A stretch of DNA of 61,241 nucleotides, counting the filler, from Thelocarpon superellum (taxonomy: Eukaryota), in assembly GCA_026025795.1 (NCBI GenBank). It is 6 parts of 6 records of this genome, joined end to end, with 100 filler letters (N's around TTAATTAATTAA, not from the genome) between each part and the next. Parts side by side here need not be neighbours in the genome. Positions count along the whole stretch, not along the records: positions 10,288 to 20,432 come from JAPEUG010000538.1; positions 20,533 to 30,671 come from JAPEUG010000539.1; 4 more parts are not named here. One strand, 5' to 3'. The notes under the pieces are model-generated. The model saw only the letters and a list, made by a program, of their open reading frames with translations, did not search any database and was not told the origin of the DNA. How positions within the stretch are numbered: the first letter of the stretch is position 1; each line of letters begins with the position of its first letter. The position numbers and the translations under genes are program-made. Shown one piece after another: positions 12,098 to 23,216 of the stretch.

Positions 12098-13449
12098 TTA
12101 AATGTCCGCGAAATCCATGCCCATCAAGTACCTATCCATCGTGTCAGGCGTATCTAGTAGATGGGGGAAGGAATGAACAGCACCCACGTCTCCAGCAAAC
12201 GCATGAACTTGGCCACGAATGCCTCGAGGTGAAAGATGACTTTCTAGACGTGGGAGAACATATCAGCGTCCGGAATGGCATCATGAAAGTGGAGTGTTGG
12301 CCTCCACTCACACTGCCCATGCGGATGCGATGTTCGTAAAAGGCCGACCACTTAATCACCTCTGCCTTCAATGCCTCGTCGATCTTGGGGACGAGCTTGA
12401 AGGTGAGGGTCTGATGGAAACGCAACAAATTAGTGGCTTCCTCGGCCGCCGCTGCGTGCCAAACTCGCCTTGAGGATTGTCGTCGCGGGAATGCAATGGC
12501 TCAGCAAGTCGTACAGCTTGGCCCGGACCTGCAGAATCCGCTCGGGCGTGTGCTCGGACATGATCTCCTCCGCCACCTGGGCGATCAAAGCCTCCCAGTC
12601 TGGGGGTGGGATCGCCGTCTGCTCCGTCACCTTCTCACTGTGCCGCGGGTCAGTCGTGTGCCGGTCGAAGGCGGGCGACGCGGGCATACTTCTGAGCATG
12701 CACAGCCTCAAACATCAGCAAGGCTTTGCGTAGATTTCTCCCGCTGTCCCGTGCAATCCGCTGGTTCAGATCCGCCACCTCGCTCCACCCCTCCTTGTGG
12801 CCCACGTGGCGCAGCACGGCACAGATCTCCTCCTCTTGAGGCGCCGCCACCCGCACGAGCAAGGTTCGACTGCGGATGGGCGCAATGATGTTGGCCGTCG
12901 AGTTGGCCAGGAGGATCAGTCGGAGGTTGGGACTGTACTTCTCCATCGTCCGTCGCAGCGCCGCCTGGGCATCGCGCGTCAACTGGTCGGCCTCGTTGAT
13001 CACCACCACCTTGAAGCGCTGTCGGGCCGTCTGGTCGACTTGCTGCGTCTGCGCCACCTCCTTGAGCAGCTCCTGCACCACGACGCGGTCCCAGTTGCCC
13101 ACGTCCGACGGCGTGATCTCGAGGTGGTAGACGGACGCGACGATGTTGAATTCGAGCTTGCGGTTCGACGACGTCTGGAACACGCGCGCATCGATCTTGA
13201 TCTTTTCCACCCCGGGTCCGTACAGCTCTTTCAGCGTCGCCACGATCCGCGTCTTCTTTCCGGCGCCCGACGGCCCGTACACCAGGAGGTGAGGGAAGTC
13301 TCCACTTTGTGCCTAGAGCGAGTCAGCCGCGAGCACGCGGACCAATCCACTCACACACCTACCAAGGACTGCAGTCGTTGTGATAGATCTTTGTGATAGG
13401 TCAATGCGTGTAACGACTTTGGACGGTGCTTGTCCACCAAGAGCGCCAT
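12098..13449 (-). CDS. RFC5: Replication factor C subunit 5, 6 exons (one GC-AG intron)
   Basis: MALLVDKHRPKSL; variant Walker A YGPSGAGKKT; INEAD; AQAALRRTMEKYS; PIRSR; C-terminal EHRIRMGS|KVIFHLEAFVAKFM. Confidence 0.95.
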
Positions 13450-13543
13450 GGTCGGTCGAATGTCGGCTGGTCGCCGCGAGAGTCTGGCGCTGGAGGTGCG
13501 GTGGTGCGGTGGTGCTCGTGAGGAAGGGCAAGGCGGTGGGGGA

Positions 13544-13586
13544 ACGCGATTTACGCGACTTCCGTCGGCCCCGAGCGCGCGCGAAA
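13544..13586. promoter_or_regulatory. MCB/SCB-like (ACGCG, CGCGAAA) cell-cycle elements upstream of RFC5
   Basis: ACGCGA twice and CGCGAAA, 95-137 nt upstream of the ATG of a DNA replication gene. Confidence 0.45.
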
Positions 13587-13936
13587 TCTCGTGACCGGCT
13601 GACCGAATCCGACAGGAGTCCCGGCCAGTGCCCACTCACATTGTCCGTTGCCCGTGGAGAGGCTTACGACGACCGTCCCCATGCATCTTCTCGCGGAGTA
13701 GAGCTCGAAGCCAGACCTTTGAGAGAATGCACAGGGCCAGACATTGATTACGATCAAGGACCTGCCGCTCTTCTGGGCACCTGTCATGGCTGCCACTGGA
13801 GCATTTCTATTGGGGAGAGGAGATATCTACAAATTCCAGAAGCGCCACCATCGCCCAAACACCGGCTAGATATTGTTACACATTGAGCGATGCATCTCCT
13901 GCCTTCTCGGTCAGGACCACCCGAGTCCAGCATCCG

Positions 13937-14777
13937 TCAAGAGTTTTTCACCACTCCGACCTTGGCAGCCTACGTCCATGTTAGCATCCGTTTCGGTGGT
14001 CAAGACAGGCCCGCTACTGACCCGAAGCACCCGTCCATTCAAGGTGAATCCCTTCTGCTGCGTGAGCATCACCGTCCCATCTTCCTTGCCGTCGACCGGT
14101 GTTTGAAAGGTGGCTTCGTGCAGGTTGGGGTTGAAGGGTTCCGACTCGACGCTGGGATCGAAGCGCTTCAGTCCATGCTTCTCCAGCGTCTGCATCAAGA
14201 TCGTCTCCGTCATCCGTAGTCCGTCGTAGAGATTCACCAGGTCCGTGTTGGCCTCCTTCTCGGATGGCTTGAGCGACGTCTCCGGCACGGTGCTCAGTGC
14301 CCGATCCAGGTTGTCCACCGAGTCGATCAGGTCCTTGGCGAAGCGCTGGATGGCAAAGTCTCGTGCCGCGTGCACGTCGCGCTGAGTGCGATCTTGCAGG
14401 TTGCGGAAGTCGGCCACCGATCGCAGATATTTGTCCTGCACCGCGCATCGTAAGCATCCACCGTCGACATCAAGGCCCGTGCTCGTGCGACCCACTTTGA
14501 GGGAAACGATCTCCCGATTCTTGCTTTCTAGCTCCTCCTTGGCTGGATCCACCTCCTTACTCGTCTTCTCCCCAGTGGCCGCGTCACTCGTCTGTGGCCC
14601 GCCCTCCGTCGGCTTGTCCGTCTCTGTTGCCACGGAGTACCATCTGGACGTCACTGGCTGTCGCGCGACCGTGGAGAGAGGAGGGAAAAGGGGAGGGCGA
14701 GCTGCCCCTGCGTGACAGATCGGTCTGGTGATTGGCGTAGAGAGGCGCACAGTCCGGAGTAGCGCTCGGGGTATCAT
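13937..14777 (-). CDS. MGE1: Mitochondrial GrpE nucleotide exchange factor, 3 exons
   Basis: Arg-rich presequence; DKYLRSVADFRNLQDR; FAKDLIDSVDNLDRAL; FNPNLHEATF; KGFTLNGRVLR|AAKVGVVKNS*. Confidence 0.95.
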
Positions 14778-15333
14778 CGTGGGTGCAGGACACCAAAGGT
14801 GGTAGGAAAAGTCGGAACGTGAAGATTTATTGTCGCTACACCACCTCGCTACGGATGACGAACTCTCTCTTCCGCGCGGTTAGGGGCGGGTATGCAGCGA
14901 CTGCGAGCGAAACGCAGGTAAATTCACCAGCCCGGGTAAATCCGTCGCCCGGCCTATCAATCTCGACCGTGACTTGCCCAGTATTGGCAGTGGTTGATTT
15001 CGCTATTTCACATTGATCATTGTATGCGAGGATTCTGTACAGATGAAAAGTATCGTAGAATCAAGGAATGTGACCAGGCTTCCGGTTCACTGGTCGCCCA
15101 TTGCGGCCGCTGCTGCCCACCCCACTACAAGACTCCTCGACCTGACTATACGCCTGCATCCCGCGCCTCACACGTAAATGCCCCAAAGTCCGCTTCCAGT
15201 CCTATCAAGCGCAGTGGGGATTGGAAGATCCGTCCTTGCTTCCACAGAGTCGGGCGTGAAAGATCTGTATGCCGAACGCCGGATGCTCAGAAGAGTCCAC
15301 GTATGCCATCCCAGACAATCACGTCCTCGTCGC

Positions 15334-16213
15334 TTACGCATCAGCGAGCAGTTCGACCGGGGGGCGGGCCGTGTGCAGGAATGCGTCGCCGGATGTACCG
15401 TCGAAGGGGTCTGGCTCATCCGGCACCCCAGTCGTATCCTCCACCTCGATGATGGGCAGATGCAGGCTATCGCCATGGTCCTTGGGGTGATAGATCATGG
15501 TGGAGCTGCCAGAGCGGTGCCGCTGAGTGCTCGGCCCCGCTCCTGCCTCCTCTCCACCAATGGATGAGACGGGCGACACCGCTGCGGCGGGTTTGGCATG
15601 CAGCCGAGCCAGCGCCGCCGCTAGATCGTCCGCGTGTACTGCTTTGTTGGGCGGATCTTCCAGCTTCATCTCCCATCCATGCGGCGGACTTGGTGGGGGC
15701 GAGATGAAAAACATCTTCTGGCTCTGTGGCGCGTGGAGATGCTGGTCCACCGGCTCCGTCGGTGTCGGCTCGCCAAAGAAGATGCGTACGCGCTCGTCCA
15801 TGATCGGCTCGCCGTCGAGAATCTGCCGGATCCGAATCGCCGACTCGACGTCGAAGAAGGACACGACGATGCGCCGGAAGGACTTCAGCGGCGCCCATGA
15901 ATGCACCGGCGCGGACTGGTTGATCAGGTCGCGGATGGTTCGGAGGTGCTCCGGACGGAAGATGGCCGGATCCATCAGGTTCTATAACATCATCAGCCAA
16001 GCGCCCGCTTCTAGAGATATCCACGCGCGGCGTTCTTACGGTGATGAGAAGTGTGTTCGATGGAGGACTCGGCAGAATCAGTGGCGGTAGTGAAGACAGA
16101 TCAATAGAGGAAGGGGTATCAGTGCGTTTCGAGGGGCTGGACTCCCTGGACTGCGGCGGTGAGCTGTCCATGATGGCTGTTTCTGACCTGTGGCCGTCGT
16201 TGCTCTCAGTCAT
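15334..16213 (-). CDS. RCN1: Calcipressin / regulator of calcineurin, 2 exons (alternative ATG at 16171)
   Basis: PSNTLLIT|NL; PLKSFRRIVVSF; the signature KMFFISPPPSPP; PxIxIT-like LPIIEVE; C-terminal TARPPVEL. Confidence 0.9.
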
Positions 16214-17183
16214 GATCAGGACCAACGGTTGGCTGCGACACGGAATAAGTGGCGGTATTTATCGTGAAGCCTCGTCGCCGCCTGTAGGCGGAGCCCGAGA
16301 GACATGGCTGCGCGCTAGTGCCTGGCGCATCGCCTTCTCCGGCACGCAACTTTGGTCGTCTGGTCGTCTGGTCGTCGAACGCCACCGCCACGCGACCCTG
16401 CAGAACCTTGTGCGGGCTTGGTGGCCCGATGCTACATCAACATGGGCGCAGTATGGAGGGGACGGTCATTCCGGCACTGCGTTCATTGCTCGCAATCATG
16501 ACGCCTTGCCTTTGTCCAGGCAAGGCGTAGAAGGCTTTAGGTCGTCGTAAAGGACATGCACAGTCGCCTCCCCAGATCTCAAAGAGGCTTCTTCTAAGGA
16601 TCAGGTCGTCTTCCCTTTCACGCCGTTGCAAGTTGAGCACACAACGAAATCTCATAAGGCAATTCAATCCCAGGCATCTTGACGAGGATTCAGCCTCATT
16701 TCAAGGCAACCGTGTGTCTCCAACTGCCACGCTCCGTCTTGCTACCATGGAGCTTTCAAAGGCGGGGGCATCTGTCCACGCAAGCGCCGTATGCAAGGCT
16801 TTCGGCTCGGCGGTGAAGGAATAGCCAACATAGCGAATTCGAGTCACGTGCGTCGGTCCCAAGATGCTCGCCATCTCCATGACCAACCACTGATTATGTC
16901 ATCCTCCATTAGCGTTAAGGCGCAGATCATATCACGAGTCGACGTGGAGAGATCGCTTAAAACGAAAGCACGCACAACCTGGCCAGAAGTTACCCACTCC
17001 AGGACAAGTCTTCTGATACATCTCCGCAGAGTGGGTAGGCACTTGGAAAGAGAGATCCAAGTCTGTCGTTGACAGGTTCTTCTAGATTTGCTACTACACG
17101 CTAAAATTGTGCGGAAGATTTAGGCAGATCATTGAGATGAGGCGCTCCATCCCAGGCGCACAGGACCACCCACCAGTTGAGGG

Positions 17184-17963
17184 TCAGAATGTCACAGTAG
17201 TGACGGAGACCTGCGCTACATGCAGTATACCTACGCCAGAGTCACAATAAGTCGGATATGTATCCATCGGCTCCAACTTAAAGCGCGTAATGGAATTGCA
17301 GGAATACTCTCCATTCTCAGTCACAACAAACCCGGTGGCCCAGAGAGAGCCGTCTGAAGGGGGGGAGCGTCTCCTCACTCTCCTCGTGCTGCACGTCGTG
17401 GTCTCACTCGCATGAAGAGACCACTCGTTGAAGTATATAAAATAGTTCTTGTCATTGATGTTCCTGCTCATCCTGGAGTGCAACATTGAGGGATCTCGTG
17501 GATTTAGATAGAGTGGCACGGTGGTGGTGTGATCAACCACATGAGGGGGAACACCCTTTTCACCGATGACATTTTCAGCATCACCAGTCTCCCTGTTCAC
17601 TCTCGCTTGCAAACCTGCATCAGCAGCTCGAGCACTTACTCCCTTACCACCGAAATGGACGACGAAAACAGAAAGCTCATTGTGTTCAGGCAGGTGGCCC
17701 AGTGTTGCGTCGTAGTCCTCATTGAAGAGGTCGAAGATTATCAGAACACGCGATGCCACTTCTGCTTGACCAACATTCTCAATGGTATTCCGCCTCTCCT
17801 ATACCATTGATCTCCCCTAGCCCGACGAGCTGGCTTTCTCGAACGCGTCAAGCGCAGTGGAGAGCATATCCTCCGTGGAGGACCACGATCAAGACCATTG
17901 AGCATTGCTCTGCGAAACAATGAGGAGCACTCGCATTGGGTTCGCTTTCCCCTCAATAGCCAT
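17184..17963 (-). pseudogene. Stop-interrupted reading frame for an uncharacterised protein
   Basis: One frame from ATG 17963 reads MAIEGKANPMRVLLIVSQSNAQWS*SWSSTEDMLSTALDAFEKASSSG*GRSMV*ERRNTIENVGQAEVASRVLIIFDLFNEDYDATLGHLPEHNELSVFVVHF...PLYLNPRDPSML. It has three in-frame stops, no frameshift, a globular-looking composition and lies in a visibly AT-richer interval. Confidence 0.5.
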
Positions 17964-18945
17964 TGCTTTTACGGCATCAGTGAAAGTTCCTATAGGCATC
18001 TCGAAAGGGCGTGGGCATCCAGAAAAAATCCATTGCATTGCGCCTCGAAGAACAAGACGCTACTTCCAAGATGTCGATTCGCGACGCCACTAAAATCTGG
18101 TCACTTGAGGTCGAGTGGCAAACTCGTTGGTTCGATGGCTATTGCGACTCAATATGTGGCGATCTGCACACGGAACTGTTTGCGGTGTAAGGCGTGCGTG
18201 ATGTTGCTGAAGCACGAGGAGAGAGTTATGCTTCGATCAGTAGAGAGAGCCCTGACTTGAAAGATTGTCGGCGTCCGTCTTTGCGCGGTGGAGATTAACG
18301 TGCAGGCTTTCGCTTGTCGCTTCTATTCGCAAGACAGTGGAAGGCACTGACGCAACCCGGTTATTCCACTGGAGATGGGTGGTTTATTCTACAGAAGCTA
18401 TCCATTGTTCTAATATACAGCTATTGTGGGCCATGTGAGGCGGCTTACTCAGAAGCCTCGAGCTCCCGTATGGAGCCTCCACAGCACTGATTGAGGCTGC
18501 GGCTACCGTTTGAACTCTGCGTAGGTCTGCCCATGCTAATGAGTTGGGAGCCCTTACGCGGTGCTCCCCAAAAACACCACACTTTACCCAGCAGATTGGG
18601 TGGTTGGTCAGGCGTTTTTTTTGGCGCGGCGCGTGCCCTTAACGCGGCACTTCCCATGGCCCTTTCCCATGGCCAAGTACTGATTATTATGTCATCCTTC
18701 TATACTTGCCGCTGCGACTGGCTGGCAAAAGCTTCGTCAAAGAAACACAGGAATTTCTAGCCCTGCCATTCCACCTCGCCATGCGCACACGTACACACGC
18801 TCCGTACCGCCCAGCTGCGGCGTGACAGGCTCCTTCACCTCCCTCGGCCGTGCGGATCCTGGCCAGGCAGGGCGGTGATAGCAAGCCAAGCGATCAGGGG
18901 CGGCAAAGCTAGAGCTCGTCTTGCGCCGCGGGCGCCACCGCCGCC

Positions 18946-20113
18946 ATGATGGACTACGATGAGATGGCCCTCGACGGCGAGGATCAGGGTCCACGAGTGA
19001 CCATTCGAGAGGTCAGGCAGATCTGAGCTCCCGCATGGGTGGTGGCACTGACAGGCATGACCGCAGGCCACGCGACTGACGGTCGACTTCACCCTGCGCA
19101 ACACCGAGTTGGCCTTTGCCAACTCCCTCCGTCGCACCATCCTGGCCGAAGTCCCAATGATGGCCATCGACCTGGTCGAGGTGGAGGCCAACACGTCCGT
19201 CCTGGCCGACGAATTCATCGCGCATCGGCTCGGCCTCATCCCGCTGAACTCCAAGAACGTGGACGACGTCCTCTACACGCGCGACTGCGACTGCGAGCAG
19301 TACTGCGAGCAATGTAGCGTGACCCTCACCCTGCACGCGCGCTGTAACGGCGACGAGGTCATGAAGGTATATGCACGCGACCTCGTCGTGGCCGACAGTC
19401 GCCCGAACGAGTACGTTGGTCTACCCGTCATCACGGATCCGGAAGGCTTGGGCGCCGTCATCTGCAAGCTGCGCAAAGGCCAGGAACTGCGGATGCGTTG
19501 CATCGCCAAAAAGGGCATCGCCAAGGAACATGCCAAATGGGCACCGACCTCGGCCGTCGGGTTCGAATATGACCCGCACAACAAGCTGCGCCACCTCGAC
19601 TACTGGTACGAGGAGGATGCGGCAAAGGAATGGTAGGCGGTAGTCGGCCTTCCTGCCCCGCCCCGTCGCTGACACTAGAGATGTGATAGGCCGAGGAGTA
19701 AGAACGCCGAGTGGGAAGACGTGCCGGCGGATGGCGAGCCCTTTGACTATGACGCGCAGCCGGCGCGCTTCTACTATGACCTCGAGAGCATCGGCTCACT
19801 TGAACCCGACGCTATCATCCAGCAAGGGATCAAAGTGATGCAACAGAAGCTGGCCGCCGTCATTCACGGCCTGGCGGGCGAGACGGAGGGACGCGGCTTG
19901 AACGGGAACGCCAACGGCGGCGGTGACCCGGATGGCTTCGATGGACCCACAAGCCCGGACCTCAATGGCGCGGGCGGCTACGACCCCGAGCAGGGCTTCT
20001 CCACGCCCTACGTGAACGGTGGCGGAGGGGGTCTTGGCGGCGGTGCGTCAGCCTGGGGTGGGGGGACGACTCCGTATGGCGCGACCCCGTACGGTCAAAA
20101 TGGGTGGGGTTGA
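18946..20113 (+). CDS. RPB3: RNA polymerase II subunit 3, 3 exons
   Basis: [32 protein letters not shown]; Zn motif [23 protein letters not shown]; two GT-AG introns. Confidence 0.96.
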
Positions 20114-20432
20114 GGAGCCTCTCTTACCTGATGCGCTCGACCTCCCGCTACATCCCCGGACACGCAGATCAACTCAGATATGGCGTCTGGCGAATGGGCC
20201 GGCATCGGTTGTGTCCGGCTGCAACATGACCACGGCCATTCCCTCACCGGTCCAGGGTCTCTGCCCTCCCGCCGGTGCGCACCGTGTGGGCAGCGTTGTG
20301 CGAGGTTGCACAACCTCGATCAGTATGTTGGAACCGGGGGTGTTTGGCCCATTGTACAAGTAGCACAGGGATAAAGCTCTCTGAACGCCTTCCGCATCTA
20401 TGTGACGTAGCTTGTCACGGCCGGCCCGCCTC

Positions 20433-20532
20433 NNNNNNNNNNNNNNNNNNNNNNNNNNNNNNNNNNNNNNNNNNNNTTAATTAATTAANNNNNNNNNNNN
20501 NNNNNNNNNNNNNNNNNNNNNNNNNNNNNNNN
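20433..20532. other. Artificial contig linker
   Basis: N44-TTAATTAATTAA-N44. Confidence 0.99.
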
Positions 20533-20712
20533 GTTCCACCCTTAGCTGTCGGCACTGTTCGGCCGTTGCCGGTGCAAAGCATAGGGTAACATAGTGCAGC
20601 GTTGGATCTACTTCGCCAGACCTCCAAAACCAGCCACTCGCTCATCGTCAACAAATCTCTTCCCCTCCGTCACCGCACCCATCCGACCCTGGGCTATTCT
20701 ACCTCGCCAGCT

Positions 20713-22960
20713 ATGTTACGATCGGTGCTGCGTGCATCCCGCTCGCCAGGTCCTGGGTCTCACGGCTCGGGTCGGGCTACTCAATGCCTGATGGCGTACC
20801 GAGGAACGTTGATCGTGCGATCCCAGGTATGGTCCACATCTTGGAGCTGGGCAGCTCGGAGCCCCACACAGTCATGTTAACACGCGCTATGCAGCGGTAC
20901 TCTGCCGATGCACGACAGCCTGAGCGGCCGGCCAAGAGAAGCATTGCCGATTCCAAGCCGGCCGTATTACCGGGCTCCTCCAGCACCACCCTCGACAATA
21001 AGCCTCCCCCGCCGCCCGGCCTAGCACCAAATCCATCTTCGTCGACGTCGGGTACGCCTCCTACACCGGCGCCACCAAGTACCATCCCCCCTTCCAAAGT
21101 CCCCCTCACCCCACCGCCACCACCGATGCCCTTGTCGCCCAAGAGTCCCTCTGGCATATCGCCCCCTCCGCCCCCACCGCTACAGCCTTCCCCGCCGTCA
21201 CGAAAACCGCGCCGCTTCCGTCGCTATCTCATCTCGCTCATCTTGTTAAACATATTGGGCTACGGAGGAGGTGTCTACTATACGCTCGTGTCCGATCGCT
21301 GGCATGATTTCTTTACCGAGTACATCCCCTACGCCGAAGATGTCGTGGGCTATTTCGAGGACCAACAATTCCGACGTCGCTTCCCTGACGCAGCCCGACG
21401 AGTGCTGGAGCGGCCTCGAGATACGGGAACTAAGGTCACTATTCCCGGCAATAGCGGCTTGTCATGGAAGGTAACCGACGGGCCCAAGCCTGGAGATGGC
21501 AAAGGCCCGTCCTCGGCCTCTGATGCACCTGGGAGCGCAAAACAGCATCCACAGCAAGCTACGCCGGCTGCGAAGACCGAGGCCGCACCATCGCACTCGC
21601 CCGAAGCACCGGACGCGAGCTCCTCGCAGGCTCCGGTCATCGCCAAAGCCGCGCCAGTGAAGGCGGACACAAATAGGGACCTGCCGAAGCCAGTGGCGCC
21701 GAGCAAGAAGGAGGCGGCGACTCCTGCGGCCGCGAAGGAGGCTGGGCCCCAAGACTCGCCCAAGGCCCCGCCTCTTCCCAGGATCGATCCCCTCAAGATC
21801 AAGGACGCCGACGAGCCCCTCGTTCAAGACTTGGTGAAGATCATCAACGACATCATCGCTGTGGTCAACGCCGACAATGCCTCGGGCAAGTATTCAACCG
21901 CCATCGACTCGGCCAAATCGCAGCTTAAGCGTGTCGGGCAACAAATCAAAGGGCTCTCAACGGCCGCACAGAAGTCGGCCGAAGAGAAAATCCGCGAGAG
22001 TCACCAGGACTTCGATCGCGCGGCCAAGGAGCTGGTGCGGCGGCTGGAGGATGAGATGCGTGAGCAGGAGACCCGATGGCGCGATGACTTTGAGTCGGAG
22101 CGCGAGAAGATCGCCCAATCCTACCAGGACAAACTCAGGGTGGAACTGGCGCGATCCCAGGAGGTGGCCGACCAGCGCCTTCGAAACCAACTGCTCGAGC
22201 AAGCGATCGACATGAAACGGCAGTTCGCAGCCGACATTCGTGATCGAGTCGAGCACGAGCGTGATGGGCGTCTCAGCAAACTTTCCGACCTCTCTGGCAG
22301 CGTGACGGAGCTGGAGAAGCTGACGTCGGAGTGGACGTCGGTGGTGGACGCCAACCTCAAGACGCAGCACCTCCACGTCGCCATCGACGCCGTACGCGCC
22401 AAGATCGAAGACGCGGCACAGCCACGGCCCTTCATCCGCGAGCTGGCCGCCCTCAAGGAAATCGCGGCCAACGACGACGTCGTCGGCGCGGCCATCAACT
22501 CCGTCAATCCCACGACGTACCACTACGGCGTACCGAGCACGGCGCAGCTCGTCGACCGCTTCCGACGTGTCGCCGCCGAGGTGCGCAAAGCGTCGCTGCT
22601 CCCTGCCAACGCCGGCATCGCCAGCCACGCGGCCTCGGCGGTGCTCAGCCGACTCATGTTCCGCAAGCAGGGCCTCGTGGCCGGCGAGGATGTCGAGAGC
22701 ATTCTCACCCGCTCCGAGGTGCTCTTGCAGGAGGGCGACCTGGACGGTGCCGCGCGCGAAATGAACACCTTGACGGGCTGGGCAAAGACGCTGTCCCAGG
22801 ATTGGTTGACTGAGGTCCGGAGAGTGTTGGAGGTGAATCAAGCGATGGATGTGAGTTTTCCTCTGGCCTGTATAAGGCCCGCCGCTCACTGCTGACCTGG
22901 CCTGTGCCCTGACAGGTCATTACCACGGAAGCTCGACTCCAGAGTCTCCTCGTTGACTAG
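20713..22960 (+). CDS. MIC60: MICOS subunit Mic60 (mitofilin), 3 exons
   Basis: Presequence MLRSVLRASRS; Pro-rich linker; TM helix then WHDFFTEYIPYAED; coiled coil; mitofilin domain (VRKASLLP...GDLDGAAREMNTLTGWAKTLSQDWL...|VITTEARLQSLLVD*). Confidence 0.93.
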
Positions 22961-23216
22961 CCACTCTGTCTTTCTTCCTTGGTCCCTTCCCTTTCCTTTC
23001 GTTCGTGAGCTGTCGATGTTAGATGGATGTACACTGATGCATCTGGATGTAGAAGTACAACGCAATCAGGAGAAGAGCCACTGTTCCGAGGAGTCAAAGG
23101 GCCAGTCATATAGAACGCAATCACTCTACACATCGAATCTTTCCGTTCAATCTTCCGTTCAATCTCTTCTCTCATTCTGAAAGCCCTCGTTCTATAATTT
23201 CAATGATTCCCCAAAG

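Noticed and set aside
18651..18674. TTCCCATGGCC direct repeat upstream of RPB3
   Set aside because: Only two short copies and no factor I can assign; chance cannot be excluded.
21957..22889. 310-aa antisense ORF in MIC60, and similar long overlapping ORFs in SSL2 (49835-51118, 49791-50534)
   Set aside because: Expected from stop-codon scarcity in GC-rich coding DNA; sequences are Arg/Ala/Gly-biased with no motifs.
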